A stretch of 64,000 bases of DNA from Ascidiella aspersa (Eukaryota): positions 16,554,001 to 16,618,000 of the forward strand of contig OZ004614.1 in NCBI GenBank assembly GCA_963924565.1, written 5' to 3'. Of this stretch, positions 12,003-25,100 are shown piece by piece (the stretch's first letter is position 1; each line of letters begins with the position of its first letter). The translations under genes were made by a program, and so were the position numbers. The notes under the pieces are model-generated. The model was not told the DNA's origin, ran no database searches, and saw nothing but the letters and a program-made list of their open reading frames with translations.

Positions 12003-15000
12003 GTCTATCTGATTGTTACCTTATCTGGTCGCAAGTCTGACGTCGATTTTCACATTTTCAAGTAGGTGCCCGTCGATTTCAACTGTGACGTGACGTTATT
12101 TTAATAAAGAAAGAAGTAAGAATAATTAAACTAATACGCATGGGATTTGCTGGCTTGTAGCAGAAAGTAACTGCATATAGTTCCGAGAGATTACCAAGAA
12201 AGAAATAGAGCTAGAAAGAGTGAAAGCACCATATATAGCAAATTTGTCCATAAACCAGGTATAGTTACGAAGATAGTTAACGAAACTAAAAATATCGTAG
12301 AACTATTTGGTAGAAGGATCAAGCTCTTGAGCGTTGGCGTTTCAGGAGTCGTCAGATTTCACCCAGTCCTATAAACATATAAAGACGACCGATGTTAAGA
12401 TTTGACGCCAAGGTTGTCTGAAAATAGACGCCGAGAGCGTCGCCGTTTACGTTAAAAAAGGGCGCAGCACATGTTTCGAAAACGCCGGACGGCCAACCTG
12501 CAGCACCAAAGCGTTAGCGACAGGTATTACAGCACGCTGTATTTTAAGTACCGCAAGAGCAATGACAGCAAATTCTTAAAATAGTCTCGATCCAATGGGT
12601 TGTAGCTCAAGCGAATCAGTATTAGAGGCAAGCGTCTGCTCGTAAGTGGAGAAGCCGTTCGATTTTTGAACATTGAAAGCGCCGCCGTAATTGTTTCCCG
12701 TAATTACGCGCAAATATGTAGGGACAATCGTGGGAATGGCGACGTGACAATGGCAATTGTGATTTATAACAATGATACCCCCGCTGTTGTTTATTAGGCT
12801 TCGACGCACCGAGGAGAGAAATACCTAAACAATGAAGAATAGGTTTTCAATAACATAAACAACATGTAAAATGTTATGTTTATATAGGTGAAACTTGAAA
12901 TACTTGCCTTGGGAGCGTGGTATTATTAGTGAAAACACATCTTGCGATAGCTGTATACCTTCAAGCTTCAGCTGTGAGCATAAACAAAAATTCTCGCGGC
13001 TTATTTGCCGAAGCGTAAATGCCAAGCTACCCAAGTTGTTTGGGCGACATTTCGACTTTTGCGCAACGGAAATAACATTTCATAACAAACTGCTCTTTTG
13101 TTTCGACATTTCTCTCACCTTCGCTTATTTTAGTCGGCAAAAATGTAATTTGTTTGTATGAACATTACCTAAGCTGTGACATACAAAGCTTTTCCTTTCT
13201 CAATGTGTTTTTTTTCTACTTTTCTTTAGCATAATAGGGTTTCGTCACGTTTTCAAACATACAAACAGACAAAAACACTTTTAAATGATTTTTAAAGCAG
13301 TACTTCGTTAACGTGGACATAAAGGTTAGACAGAACAAAAAAAAAAAACCTGAACAAGAATCAAAGTTAATAAAAAGAATTTTCCATACGGAACTTTAAA
13401 CGAAAATGTTTTACTCGACTCACCATTGTCGGGCGATATTTTATCTGCTATTAAATGTTTGTGGTGGCGATAGAACGATGAAATGGTTTTATTGCGAATA
13501 GATAAACTTAAAAAAAACGTGGTTGGGTAGAACAAAATAACGAATGCTTGCTGTTTAATCAATAAAGTTCCGAACTGGAAAATTCCTATATGATGTTTTG
13601 TTTAGTATTTCGTGAGAGCTTATAGTCGAGTTGGCAAGATTAAGGTTAACCTTCAGAAAGGTTCAGTCACAGAGTTTCAGTTAAAGACAAGGCCACAGCA
13701 ATCCTACCCGAAGCAAGATGCCAAATAAGGAGTGGCGAGCGGCAATTAACCAGCGAAGAACTTGCACTTACAAGTTGGAGTCACCATGGGAGCGCTGACG
13801 TAAATCGGAGCGAAATAGCAGCATGGCTGGTGTCATTTCGCGGAAAAGCGCGGTGGCGTCAATAGATGGCCGGCCTAAATCGCTCGAGGTGAAATTGAAC
13901 AGGATGAATGCGGCTTTCCGCCAACGTTCCGCCGTCGCCTTGTGGCAGCCTTTGGGCAACTCCGATAGTCAGCACCTAGCTTTCACCTTGGCCAGGCAAT
14001 TAAAGGCGGCAAAGAATTTACGCAAACAACGCGCTGTGAAAGTGTAAATTGGTGTACCACAGTGATCTACGTTCAATTTTTGGCATCGAAAATCAACCTA
14101 AAAATAAAGCTAATATATAAGGCATTGAAAGTTAATCCAAGGTACAAAGCTTTATTGGAAGTTTTTACCTTATTTTCAGACATTGATACCGTTTATCCAT
14201 TCAGAAGATAAATAATTTAAAGCACAAATTCCCTAATTTTATTTTTGTCGACTACTGTGAGAATTTTAGAAGATTCCCATTTATTTTGCAAAATAATTTC
14301 CTTTCTTTTGAATGCAAACCAACCATGAGGCAAAACGAACTTCTCCGCAAAATTCCCAGAGTCGAAAATAAGTGAACGATTTTTATGTGTTTTTTAAACT
14401 TAGACATTTTTATTTTTCACATTAACCCTTTTCATTTGCTACAACCTGAACCCACACACGCCTACGCATTTCGCATGTTTTTCAACAGAGGAGTGGTTGT
14501 CACAAATTCAATTAAAAATACAGGCTATTTACACTCAGTTATTTGTACAACGCAGAATTCCATTTTTTTAATCTAGATTTTTATAGTAAATATATTATTG
14601 TATAAAACCTTACAGTTTACATTCAGTTGTTGTAGGTTGCTGAATCGCCAAAGTCCATATTGATCAAAGCTATACAAATTTAGCTCACTCAGGTTTATTA
14701 AAAAAATATAAGGTAGCCTATTATTGAATATTGTCCTCGGATTGCATAAAACAGTGCGATCTAATTTGTAATCCAATCGCAACTATTTTGGGGGTGCAAA
14801 AGGTACAACGCTTATAAAATGACCAGTATTAACGGTCAAAAGATCAGACGCTTTATAGTGCAGAAAGGCAGAGCTGTATTTTTACAAAACATGGTGTACT
14901 GAACAGGTGTTGACAGTTGCACCAAATATTCCACGGTTTACTTGCCCGCCCACCTATTGATTACAATTTACGCTCATTACAATTAGCACTTTTGTTAGTT

Positions 15001-18000
15001 ATTTGACCTTTCGTAACTTGACAATAACAGCCTTAACAGAAAACCGGCAGCCCAGACAAAATAAAAGCTGGGTTGCCGACCGCACTGACCATGTAATTTC
15101 GCGCTCAGCAGTCATGACCACCAACAAGTGATCGAATTCTCACAGTTACAGATCGACTATTATGACATGATTGTCCCCGTGATTCTAGTGCTTAACTTGT
15201 AGCTACTTGACCAACATCCTTTTCGTTAGAGGTTTCGTTTGCAAGAAGAGTTTGTAGGGAACATCAACGAGCGCCATAAAGTAGACTATAATTCATAAAT
15301 ACCCAGCTATGTTGACCAAGCGACTTTCATTCTAATTTTTATTCACACTTCACACTACATAGCAAAAGATCTTTGTCGGGTTAAAATTTACTCTTAACAA
15401 CGTGATATTTAAAAAAACATTGCACTCGTCATGCAAAACACTTATAAGACAAATCTCAAAAGGTAAATAACAAACCGTTTGTGTCAATGGTTTTAAAATA
15501 AACTGGCGTTTTCGCAAAACGAAAACGGTCAATTGATAAATCAAATTAATCAATAAAACCCAGTTAGTATCAATTCACGAGAAAGATTTGCTGATTCGCA
15601 ATGCAATTCCTAGTCAATCGACTTGGAGTGAGTTAAGGTGTGCCTAAACGTCGACAATCGATGCCTCGTTAAGGCACCATTACCCAGGGTATTTGTACCT
15701 CAACATTCTGTATTAGATTCTAATTTTATAAAGAGTATACCAAAGGTGGCTTATAAAGACAGGCCTATAAGCCAAATTCTGCTACTTTTGGTTTTCAGCG
15801 AAGAAATAACGTTCGTGAAAATCCGGTTTTGCAAAAATTACAGCAAAACTTGTCTCTATATTTAAAACAAGGGTAGAGGGCTTGCAGATACACAGGCCTT
15901 CCCGGCGTTACTCAACGGTTTCCCGAAAATAGACCAGAATAAATAGATCGGCAAAGAAAGTCGATGTGGCGTGTAAGAGCGAAAGGCAAATACCTCCTTT
16001 GCGTGCAGCGTCGACAGAGCGAAGCCAATTTTTACCGTTTGCTGCTGCTTAAAAAAAAAAGTTGCCCAAAACATGCGAAACATGCGACGTGCAGCCGACG
16101 TGCCTGATTGACCAACATACATAATAACAGACATAAAGACCTGCGAAACAATAACGACCTCGTTCGAGCTTTTGTGTGCGACCGTCTGGCGGAACAGTTT
16201 AAACCAACAAGCCGGCATGGAGTACTGTTGATAATGGCATAATTTTTTTTTTTTTTTTAAATAAGTGTAAATCCTAAATGTTTTGAAATGCCAGAAAGCA
16301 TCTCAAAATCCTTCTTTCACCGTAACCTATTCAACACTATTCCAAACAGGAAAGGCCGTTTCGTAGATGGCAAGCAAAAATAAAGTGGTTACCATCCAAC
16401 GACCAACAGGAATTTCTTCATTTGAAGAGAATCCTTTTTTTGCCTACTTTTATTTGTAAGGACTCCTTTTCCGGGGTTAATTTCTTGCTAGAATCAGAAG
16501 CATTGGGTCAAATGATCCTAAACCTGGTCAAGTGTTCCCGACATCATTAGGCACCTGTCCAAGTTAAAATGTGTTACAGTCTATGCCTCGAGTTATGCAG
16601 TAGGTATGGCTTCGGTGGGAGAAAATACGCTTAATGGCACAGTTTAAAAAGTCAAATCGAATAAAAATGGGGCAGATTTTCGCGCGCGGGGTCATCAAGG
16701 TTACACGCGATGATCGAATAAACACATTTGTGTCCGTAAAACCTATAGTCATAAAAATGGCCAGATTTTTGCCCTTTCAAATTCTCCTGGAGTAACTATG
16801 GGAAAACAACTTTATTTGTTAATGACTTTGAAGTGACGACAAATCTAATGATCAAATCCTCAATTTTAGGCAAACTTGTTTTATACAGTAAGTTTGTGAC
16901 AACGTATTGTTAGAAAAAAACGAATTTGTTACAAATAACTACCTATATTTTAATTTTTTTATATACTTTTGACAGGACAGTTATGCTGCTAAGAGTATTG
17001 TCAAAAGGTTGTGCAAGGTCACCAAGCTACGAGTAATTAAAATCAAGTATGCACAGACTGTGTCATTCTAACTTTTTGATAAGATATAAAAGCCTATATT
17101 ATGAAGAATTGGTATATATTTAGTATACAAGGGTAATTTAAATTTTATACAACTGTAGCGCTTCATGAGTAACGCGTTTTGACGGACATGTGGTACATTG
17201 TTTTATTTTCTTTAAAAAATGACTTCAAATCAATTATTTTCATCCTGTCAAACACCTGGCGCATCCAGTACTTAAATGCCGGTGATAAATCGTGACGTAA
17301 ATGTTCAATGTCGTTGATTAGCGGTTTGCAGCATTTAACCAGTCCAATGGTGTGATAGCTCTGAGATTGTATGTCATTAAAACTACGCCATTCGATGTCA
17401 GTATTATTACAGCTTTAAAAAGATTAAACTAATATATATCGCAAGTAAGAAAAGCAGTGGCGTGACCCATATTAGTATTAACTTAAAACTAACGATTTAT
17501 ACTTAAAAGAACAAAAAGCCAATTGAATTAAAGTTGACGTGAAAATGGCATTCGGCATAGGCATTTGGAAGCAATCCCATTTAGTTAAAAAAAAAATTGT
17601 AGCCACAGATATACGTTTAAAGACTGGCCTATTTAACTCGAAATACTGCGATAATACAATCTGATTTTTTCGCTGTTTGTTCGCCCTGAAAAATAAAAAT
17701 AAAGAGAAGACGTTGGCGTCACACGCCACCTAACGGCAATAGTTATAGGTTGTCAATTATACCAGACCACCAACGTAGCATTAGTACTGAAAACAGTTAG
17801 CCGACAAGGATTTAGTTGCTGGCAAGACATTAGCCTCTGAAAAATATTGCGGTGAGATTCAAACTCACGTCATCGACAATGTCAAACTGCGAAGAACGTC
17901 TAAAAAAGGTTGAGAAATTACAAACGAGCTACTTCATGAAGCAGTATATCAGTCCCCATATACTAAACTTTTTCGCTGATAATAACCTTTGTACGCACAA

Positions 18001-18149
18001 GAAAACCATGACATAAAATCGTGGAAACAGTATTCATTATGGCCTAAACATTTTTGCAATTTAAGAAACATTTACCAATATTCAGAACTGGTTGCGGCAA
18101 AATTAGCTCAAGGTTATAATTGAATAAAAGTGTTAATACATTTTCCATT

Positions 18150-18218
18150 TTTTGGAAGGCCGATCCGTGATAAAATTTTAGTTTTAAACCGGTCCGCATA
18201 AAAGGTTGGCGACCCCTG
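18150..18218 (+). mobile_element. hAT-type right-end fragment
   Basis: CCGGTCCGC...AAAAGGTTGGCGACCCCTG followed by ACCTAAAT; left end not found. Confidence 0.4.
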
Positions 18219-18690
18219 ACCTAAATGACTAAGAAATAATGAAACGAACGAAATAAGGAAATGGCATTCGTAAGACTGGCTGTTGGGTTACTTTTCGTAA
18301 ATGAAAATCTAATTTTTAGAAAACACAAAATTTTGAACCAATTTTAAATTATAGCCGAAATAAGTTTCCGCTCATTTAGACACAGTTTATTGTTTTACCC
18401 TGACACAGATTGAAACACTAAATTCCTGACATGTTGAGAAGAATCCTGACGTTTGGTACCCCTTTTGTAAAACTACTAGCTTGCGCAAAAATGTTGCAAT
18501 GTTGACACTACATACATACTATCCGTTTATTTCAATGTTGCTAGCCTGATTTGAAAAAGTTTTAGCGCTTAATTAATATCTTAATGAACTCTTGCTTCTA
18601 AATAACGTATTTTATTAACAACAAAATATTTGTTTAGATGTTTTCACTTCGTTCCAAAAAATTAAGCCTTACATCAGAAGCACTCTAGAC

Positions 18691-19658
18691 CAGTGCTCTT
18701 CAACGTTGTGCACGGTGCACCCTGGGGTGCTTCAAAATATGCATGGGGTGCACCAGTACGAAAGGGTATACAAGGGTGCATCACAAAATTTTAATGAACC
18801 ATTTATATTTGACTTACAAGTTATTACAAAAATAATGTAGATTTCGACTGATGTATAAATGAATCTTCTACATCGCAAATCTACATTTTTGTAATCAGTT
18901 CCCCTGTTGTATAATTTAAATGGTTAAAAACACCGTCTCATGCGGTCGCGATGTCGCCGTGTTTTTGAGATGAAAATGCTTTATTGTTAGTGACTTTACA
19001 GAAGTAATTTCAAGCTTAATTTAAACCAACTGTGTGAAGTTACATTTGCTGTGTATTTAAAAAAAAACATTTGAACCCAAGCTAATATTTAAGTGCTGCG
19101 TTGAATGTTTGTAAATATTAACTCAATATACCGTAGGTATTATTTAAAGAGACACCATACACTGACTTTTGGGTGCACCTGTTAAATGTTGCAGAATATA
19201 GAAGCATAGCAGAAAAGGCAATTTCCGTACCTATTCAAATGCCAACAACGTATTTATGTAAAAGCCTTTTTTCTTGTGTGAAATTAAATCACACACATCA
19301 ACCCATTGATGAGGGGAGCAATTGAAAAAGATATCATACCTCGGTTTAAGTTGTTAGTTAATAATGTGCAACAACAAACCAGTCATTACAAAGTCTCTTT
19401 GCTATTTTCTCTTTGTTTGAATGTTGTTTTGTGAAATGCAATAGTACTCGCAAGCAGCCTGCTGTCATATTCAAACTGTAACCTACAGTGCGTAAAACTT
19501 CGTCAGCTGCGCTCGGTTTAATTGACATGATGATATTGATAGGTAAAATGATTTTTCATATCACATTTTTCCTCAGTTTACCTTTTAAGTTAATAGGGTG
19601 CATAAGTTCGTCACATCAACTTTAGGGGTTCACCAAACCAAAAAAGGCTGAAGCACTG
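18691..19658 (+). mobile_element. Internally deleted hAT (Buster/Charlie-type) DNA transposon
   Basis: Perfect 8-bp TSD CTCTAGAC (18683-18690 / 19659-19666). TIRs CAGTGCTCTTCAAC / GCTGAAGCACTG, subterminal GGTGCA repeats, and a transposase C-terminal remnant. Confidence 0.9.
19137..19390 (+). pseudogene. hAT transposase C-terminal (dimerisation domain) remnant
   Basis: TDFWVHLLNVAEYRSIAEKAISVPIQMPTTYLCKSLFS, then a disrupted stretch, then PLMRGAIEKDIIPRFKLLVNNVQQQTSH. This matches the FW..EY..A..TTYLCE..FS...PR...Q..SH pattern of Charlie/Buster transposases. Confidence 0.82.
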
Positions 19659-20229
19659 CTCTAGACTGTAACAATCTTAGTGTAGCTACGAGTTTGATCA
19701 CTATGGTAGCAAATTTTACAGGTGCGTCATAAAAGCAATTTTTATGGTCCGCCATAAAACACGTATCTATCATCATATTTCCAAATATATCGCGTGCAAT
19801 ACTCCGCGTGTTTATCATCACGTTCCAAAATTAAATTATTAAACAAATAAAAAATGACAACATACGTGATAACTGAGTATTTGGTTCAGTACGTTTTTTG
19901 TAGTACGTTTTTTCGTATTTTTAACTTTATTAAAATCCGGCACAGAAAGTTCGCGCCAGGGGCCTGACACTGACTTAATCGTACTCTAGGAATGCACAGG
20001 CTGTTAATGTTTTTTGTTGCCAAATATTGCTGACAAAAGCCAATATTACATACGATGGAAATTAAAAGTGGTAGACGGATAACACTTCAACCCTGTATAG
20101 TTTTCACCTGCAATATAAACAATACTTATTGAGAATTTGGACAAAAATCGACATATTTTAATCTGGAAGAAATACTTGTGTGTTATTTGGTCATAAAATG
20201 TATACACTTCTATAACATAAAAGTCGCAT

Positions 20230-20235
20230 TTTATT
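20230..20235 (-). terminator. Candidate polyadenylation signal of FAT-like gene
   Basis: AATAAA on the minus strand at the end of a ~1 kb U-rich tract after the stop (alternatives at 20548-20553 and 20808-20813). Confidence 0.4.
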
Positions 20236-21277
20236 CCGAACAAGCGAACGCTAGGCGCTAAATAACGCAACAAGTGAAGACAACAATTACAGTTACGAGA
20301 ACAAAAACAAGCGGAATTAAAGTCAACTAAAATATCATCATAACAAATTTTGCATTCGAAAAAATAAAACACGTAACAACACACAAAAAAGGACAAAGGC
20401 GCCAAATACGAAAACTTAACATTAAATGATCAAATCGAGGAAAAATGCGACAACCTGGTACTAGCGGATTAAGGAAACTAAAAAGGCGTTTGACACAATA
20501 AGAATAACATAACAATGTGCCGGCCAGTACAATATAAACGAATGTATTTTATTCCATCACCTCACAGCACACTTTCTACACATGTATTTAAATAGCAATA
20601 GTTCAACAAACAACACAAAGATTTTTTGTTTCGATTTAAAAAAAAGAGTCACAAAAAGCGATAAAAATAGTCTGGGTGCGCAAAAAACATTATATAACGA
20701 AGCGATTTTTATGCAAGTAGTAAGTATAGTGGTGCTAGTACGAAAATTAAAAAGCATTTGAACTAAAAGCGGTACGCGACAAGGATCTGCGACAAGCGAC
20801 GTGAAACTTTATTGGCGCTAGGTAAGCGCAAAAAAACAAATAATTATTATCACTCGCGGCGAGGGTTGGTGGTTATCGAACGATATGATATTACCACAAA
20901 ATAAAAGTTTTCTTCGCGTAAAGTACGTCGGCACGATTGAGACGGCTGCCGTGTGAAGATTTCGTATCGTTTTACTGCGCACAGTGAAAGAAGTCGAACC
21001 ACCTTCGTCCGACAGAGCAGCACTTAATTTGTGTGGACAGATAAACTACAAAGGCTTCGATGATTGATTACCGTAAAAACAGTTTCGGTTTTGCTTGGAG
21101 CAGCTAGACCAACACCAACTTTACTATACACCTAAAATATGTTACCGGTACTTAAACTTATTTGATGACCCGATTCCAAGTGAAATGTTTATGATAAAAG
21201 TGTTGCTGTGCTTAATTAGTGATTTTTAGTTTATTAAAAGAAAATAAATTCGTTAACATCTTGTGCTTTGACACCTT

Positions 21278-22189
21278 TTAAACATTAGTATTAGAACGAA
21301 TCGCACTCGAATCGTCCAAGTTCAACGACGTGTCAAAAAACAGCGGCTGCATTTCCTGGGCCTCCGAGGAATGCTTGGCGCTTCCCTGGGACCGCTTTTG
21401 GCGCCGGGGCCGCTTCCCCTCACCCTGGCGCCGTTTGGGACGCGACTTGTGATGTTGATCGCGGATAAGCGAATCTTCCTCCTCCGCTTCCGAAAGTGAT
21501 GACATCGACAAACGTTCACTTGCGAGACGCACCGGAGGAGGGGGAATACCCTTATGCTCATGGTACGGTGCGCCATCGCGTGGCTGTTCCACGCTAAGAG
21601 CACTTCCGGATGCCTCGCTCAAATCGGAGGTCTGGTGATGGTGGTTGATGAGATATTGATCCGGATGAAACTTTGCGCTTCTGGTGGGACACGGCGTCGG
21701 CATGTTCACCTCGTAGGGTTGGTTCAGGAGAGACGAGTAAGAGTTGTTGGCGAGGGCTGGAGGAAGGTCTTCTTCCAGCACTTCTTCGTCCTCGCGGAAC
21801 GCGCGCAGCTCGTACTCTGTTGGAGGAGGAGGCAGCTCCGAGCCGGAAGAAGAAGACTGTGGACATGTGTCCGAGGTGTAAGACCGTGATCCACTGGTTG
21901 ATGAAGACTCTGGCTCTTCACTGGTTACACCAGCAGGAGGGGACTCGCGGACTATGCCCGTCAAAATCTCCTCAGCGTCAACGCCTTTATACTCATCCGC
22001 CCTTCGCGATCCGTGAACATTTACCGGATGTTGGAGGTCGTGTTGATGAAGAGGATGTCGGTAGCGGGAAGAAGCGCTGCTTCGGAGACTACTATTGCGA
22101 CTGTCGATATCTCTTGCCCTCGCCTCTGCTCCTCGTTGTGAATTAAGTATGATTCGGGTGATGCATAGTTTGTCCTCTTCCGGGATACT
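21278..22189 (-). CDS. FAT-like last coding exon
   Basis: SIPEEDKL...ELPPPPTE...FHPDQYL...RSNTNV-TAA; open across 912 nt from acceptor ttaataccag. Confidence 0.85.
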   Translation of the reverse strand, partial: SIPEEDKLCITRIILNSQRGAEARARDIDSRNSSLRSSASSRYRHPLHQHDLQHPVNVHGSRRADEYKGVDAEEILTGIVRESPPAGVTSEEPESSSTSGSRSYTSDTCPQSSSSGSELPPPPTEYELRAFREDEEVLEEDLPPALANNSYSSLLNQPYEVNMPTPCPTRSAKFHPDQYLINHHHQTSDLSEASGSALSVEQPRDGAPYHEHKGIPPPPVRLASERLSMSSLSEAEEEDSLIRDQHHKSRPKRRQGEGKRPRRQKRSQGSAKHSSEAQEMQPLFFDTSLNLDDSSAIRSNTNV

Positions 22190-25100
22190 CTGGTATTAAG
22201 AGTTGAATTTATCGGATTTTAAGATTATTCTAAGTTAAAATGATATTCAATTTTACATAACGACGACGATCACATATACTTTTAGACTTTCCTGTCTTAA
22301 TGAAAGTCATTAATAAGTTCTAGTCTTGAGACTGATAATGCCATATTTTGTGGCGAAATATATTTCTCTGTTAAAAGACTAGAATTTATTAATGACTGAC
22401 TTTGACTACGACAGAAAAGTCTAAAGTATATTTGCTCCCATTTGAAGCCATTGTCGTCGTTTACGCGTAAGGGCGAGGAGATATCTTCCTATTTTACACA
22501 TTCAGTTTGTCATCAACGACAACGATCACTTTACATTTATTAAAGAAAGACAACAATGGCCAAATAGCGAGTTTCATTTGTCCCCTTCTGCCTTAACAAA
22601 CTAAGCCAAGGGTTACCACCTATCTATCGTCACGCCAAATAAGCGGGCAACGCATCTTCCTACCTCTTCCTGACGAACTAGTTGCAACAGCTGCTTTTCA
22701 CGTCGCCTGCTTCGGCTGTTGCAGTAGTGGCCTGGGAGCGCGTCGGACCGGTTGCTACGACGACTGCGATTAGTGGCGACGCTGCTGAGGCTGCGTCGAG
22801 ACTCGGGTGAGCTGGGCAGGTCGCTGAAGGCGCCCCGACCACCGCTGGCGCAGCTTCCCCCAGGGACCCCGGGGCCGCCCCCGCACGCCACGTTGGCAAC
22901 CGAGTGCGGAACGTGGCCGGAATCCTCTGGCTTCCAATCGGTGACGTCCCAGTCATAACCTACGAACGAAGACTAGAGGTTAGTCGAATGATTTGCGAGG
23001 TTCAAACGTAAAACGAGTCCGCAGTTCAAACAGCAACGTGAAGAAGTCAATGTGGCGATGAAATTAATATCGAGATGTTAACCTTTCTAATAAATTGTCA
23101 TCATTTTCGAATTATTGCATTGTTCTGCCTAAATGATTTGTGGGATTTGAATTTGTTCGCATTTATCACCTTTATTGTTGGAATAGTTATTTTACATATA
23201 CAGAAAACAGAAGTCCCTGCTAAACAATAATACAGCATACGCAAAAGTTATAATCTATTCCGCAGGTTGTGCAGCCCTGATTTAGGCCCAATTTTCATGT
23301 TAAGTTACTGTCATGCTCAGCTGTGCCAAAATAATCAAAATGAAATAGTAATGATTAGCACCATACGGGAAACAAAATAACATCTCCGAAGTCAGTCTAA
23401 TAGTAAAAATGTAAATGTGCTATTTCTATCAAAAAAATCACAATGTAATTTCACCTGTCCCACAAAAATGTGATCCCAACAATAAGAACAACAAGACGAG
23501 ACAAGACAAAAAAACTTGAAACAAAATCGAATTGTGATGAATACAACAAATATAGCAGCATTCACAATACACATTCTTTTAATAAAAATGTTGAAAGAAA
23601 AAAAGGTTATGAAAAAATAAAAGTAATTAAAAAGTTAACGCATGCCGGAATGGAACTGTAAGTTTAAAAAAGCAAAAATGTCATGCTTTTAGTGCGTTTT
23701 ATTAGCAAGGGATTTTGAGTTTCATGCGTGGGAGTTTCACCTCTGCGCGGCAGATTCCATATTGGCGGACGGGGACTTTCCCGTATAACTGCAGGAGAGA
23801 AAACGAAACATAAACAAGACGACCTACTAACTATGATTAAGTGTGCTTTGTAATTATAATTTGATAAAAAATATTGAATTTATTGAGATCAGTTGTTTGA
23901 AGGAAGACTAGAAATTATCACTTTTACAGATCTAACCACCTTTAAAATATAAAAACACCATTAGGGTATATCAAACAAAATATATATTATTTGATTTAAG
24001 TGATCGATATAGCTATTAAGCACCGTCGTTTACCGTCAAAAAGACCACTATACAAATACACGACACAAAAACGTAGCGCTGTAGAAGAGATTATTACGCA
24101 CTAATGAATGATGTTGGATACACTGTTGCAAGAGCGAACAGCAACAACATCGTGATGTTTATCGGTAAACTCATGTTTGATGTGAACTTCAGATCTTTTA
24201 CACAAGTGTTTTTATCCAGGAAAGTTAATTAAAATATACAAGCAAAACTGTGGCATGATTTGAAATACTGAGAATAACATCAACCAGTCGCAACTGTATG
24301 GCCGCTATGACGTTCCTGTGAAGTCGTTTGACTTTAATGGGACACCACAAAAAGTAAAAGGTAATTTTTTCAAACGTGGAAAACCATTTGAAATAGAACA
24401 AGACCAACTTATGCTACAAAGTCTCTTGGAATAGGGAAGCGCGTGCATCGCTACGTTCCGTAACGAGTCAACATGTAAACGTAAAGTCCATTGGGTAAAA
24501 TTGGTAAACTGGGTAAAATTGGTAAACTGTCCGTTTACCGAACTTCACTTCTTTAAATAGTTTTAAATTAACATAGAAAAATAGAACGAAGCATTTGGTT
24601 TCAAAAGACGCAGTTGCAAAGTTAACAATGGTTTTAATATCTTCATTTTTCTACTACAAATATTAGTAAATCACTCGCAAACAAAGCAAACATAATAATC
24701 GGGATGAAACCTACTTTGTTGATCGTTGATGGAATAGTTGCTCGTCTTGTAGCGATCCGAGCGACCATGGCGGCCCGACGACGAAGCAGAATCGTTGTAC
24801 TGAATTTTTGGGGCACACACTTGTTAGTTGGTAAAACGATCGGACAATTAATGGTAGTTCAGGGTTTTACAGCGTCCAGCACATATGTTATGATTGCGCA
24901 ATGCACATTTTGTAAATATAAAGTTATTAAGTTAATTGTGCAATATTGCTTAAACCAGCTGTTCCAAAAGTCAAATACCACTTGCATGTGTTTTAATAAT
25001 TATTAATCGGTACCTTGCAACGAATCGCTTTAAATCGATAAACTTTACAAGACAACGGACCAAGTAAATAAAAAACAATAAAAGTAATTTCAATATAGAG

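Larger units (their letters stand above)
10226..12020 (+). other. Probable KLF 3'UTR
   Basis: U-rich, UG/UUG-rich sequence after the stop, ending near AATAAA at 11997-12002 (second AATAAA at 12103-12108). Confidence 0.5.

Noticed and set aside
16068-16088. Tandem AAACATGCG as a p53/p63 site
   Set aside because: 9-bp spacing and poor 3' pyrimidine match to RRRCWWGYYY x2.
12100-18100. Possible third gene in the intergenic region
   Set aside because: Only short ORFs with no domain similarity and no chain of in-phase exons found; a lncRNA cannot be excluded without expression data.
21322-22958. Plus-strand and alternative-frame ORFs over the FAT tail exons
   Set aside because: Shadows of GC-rich coding sequence.
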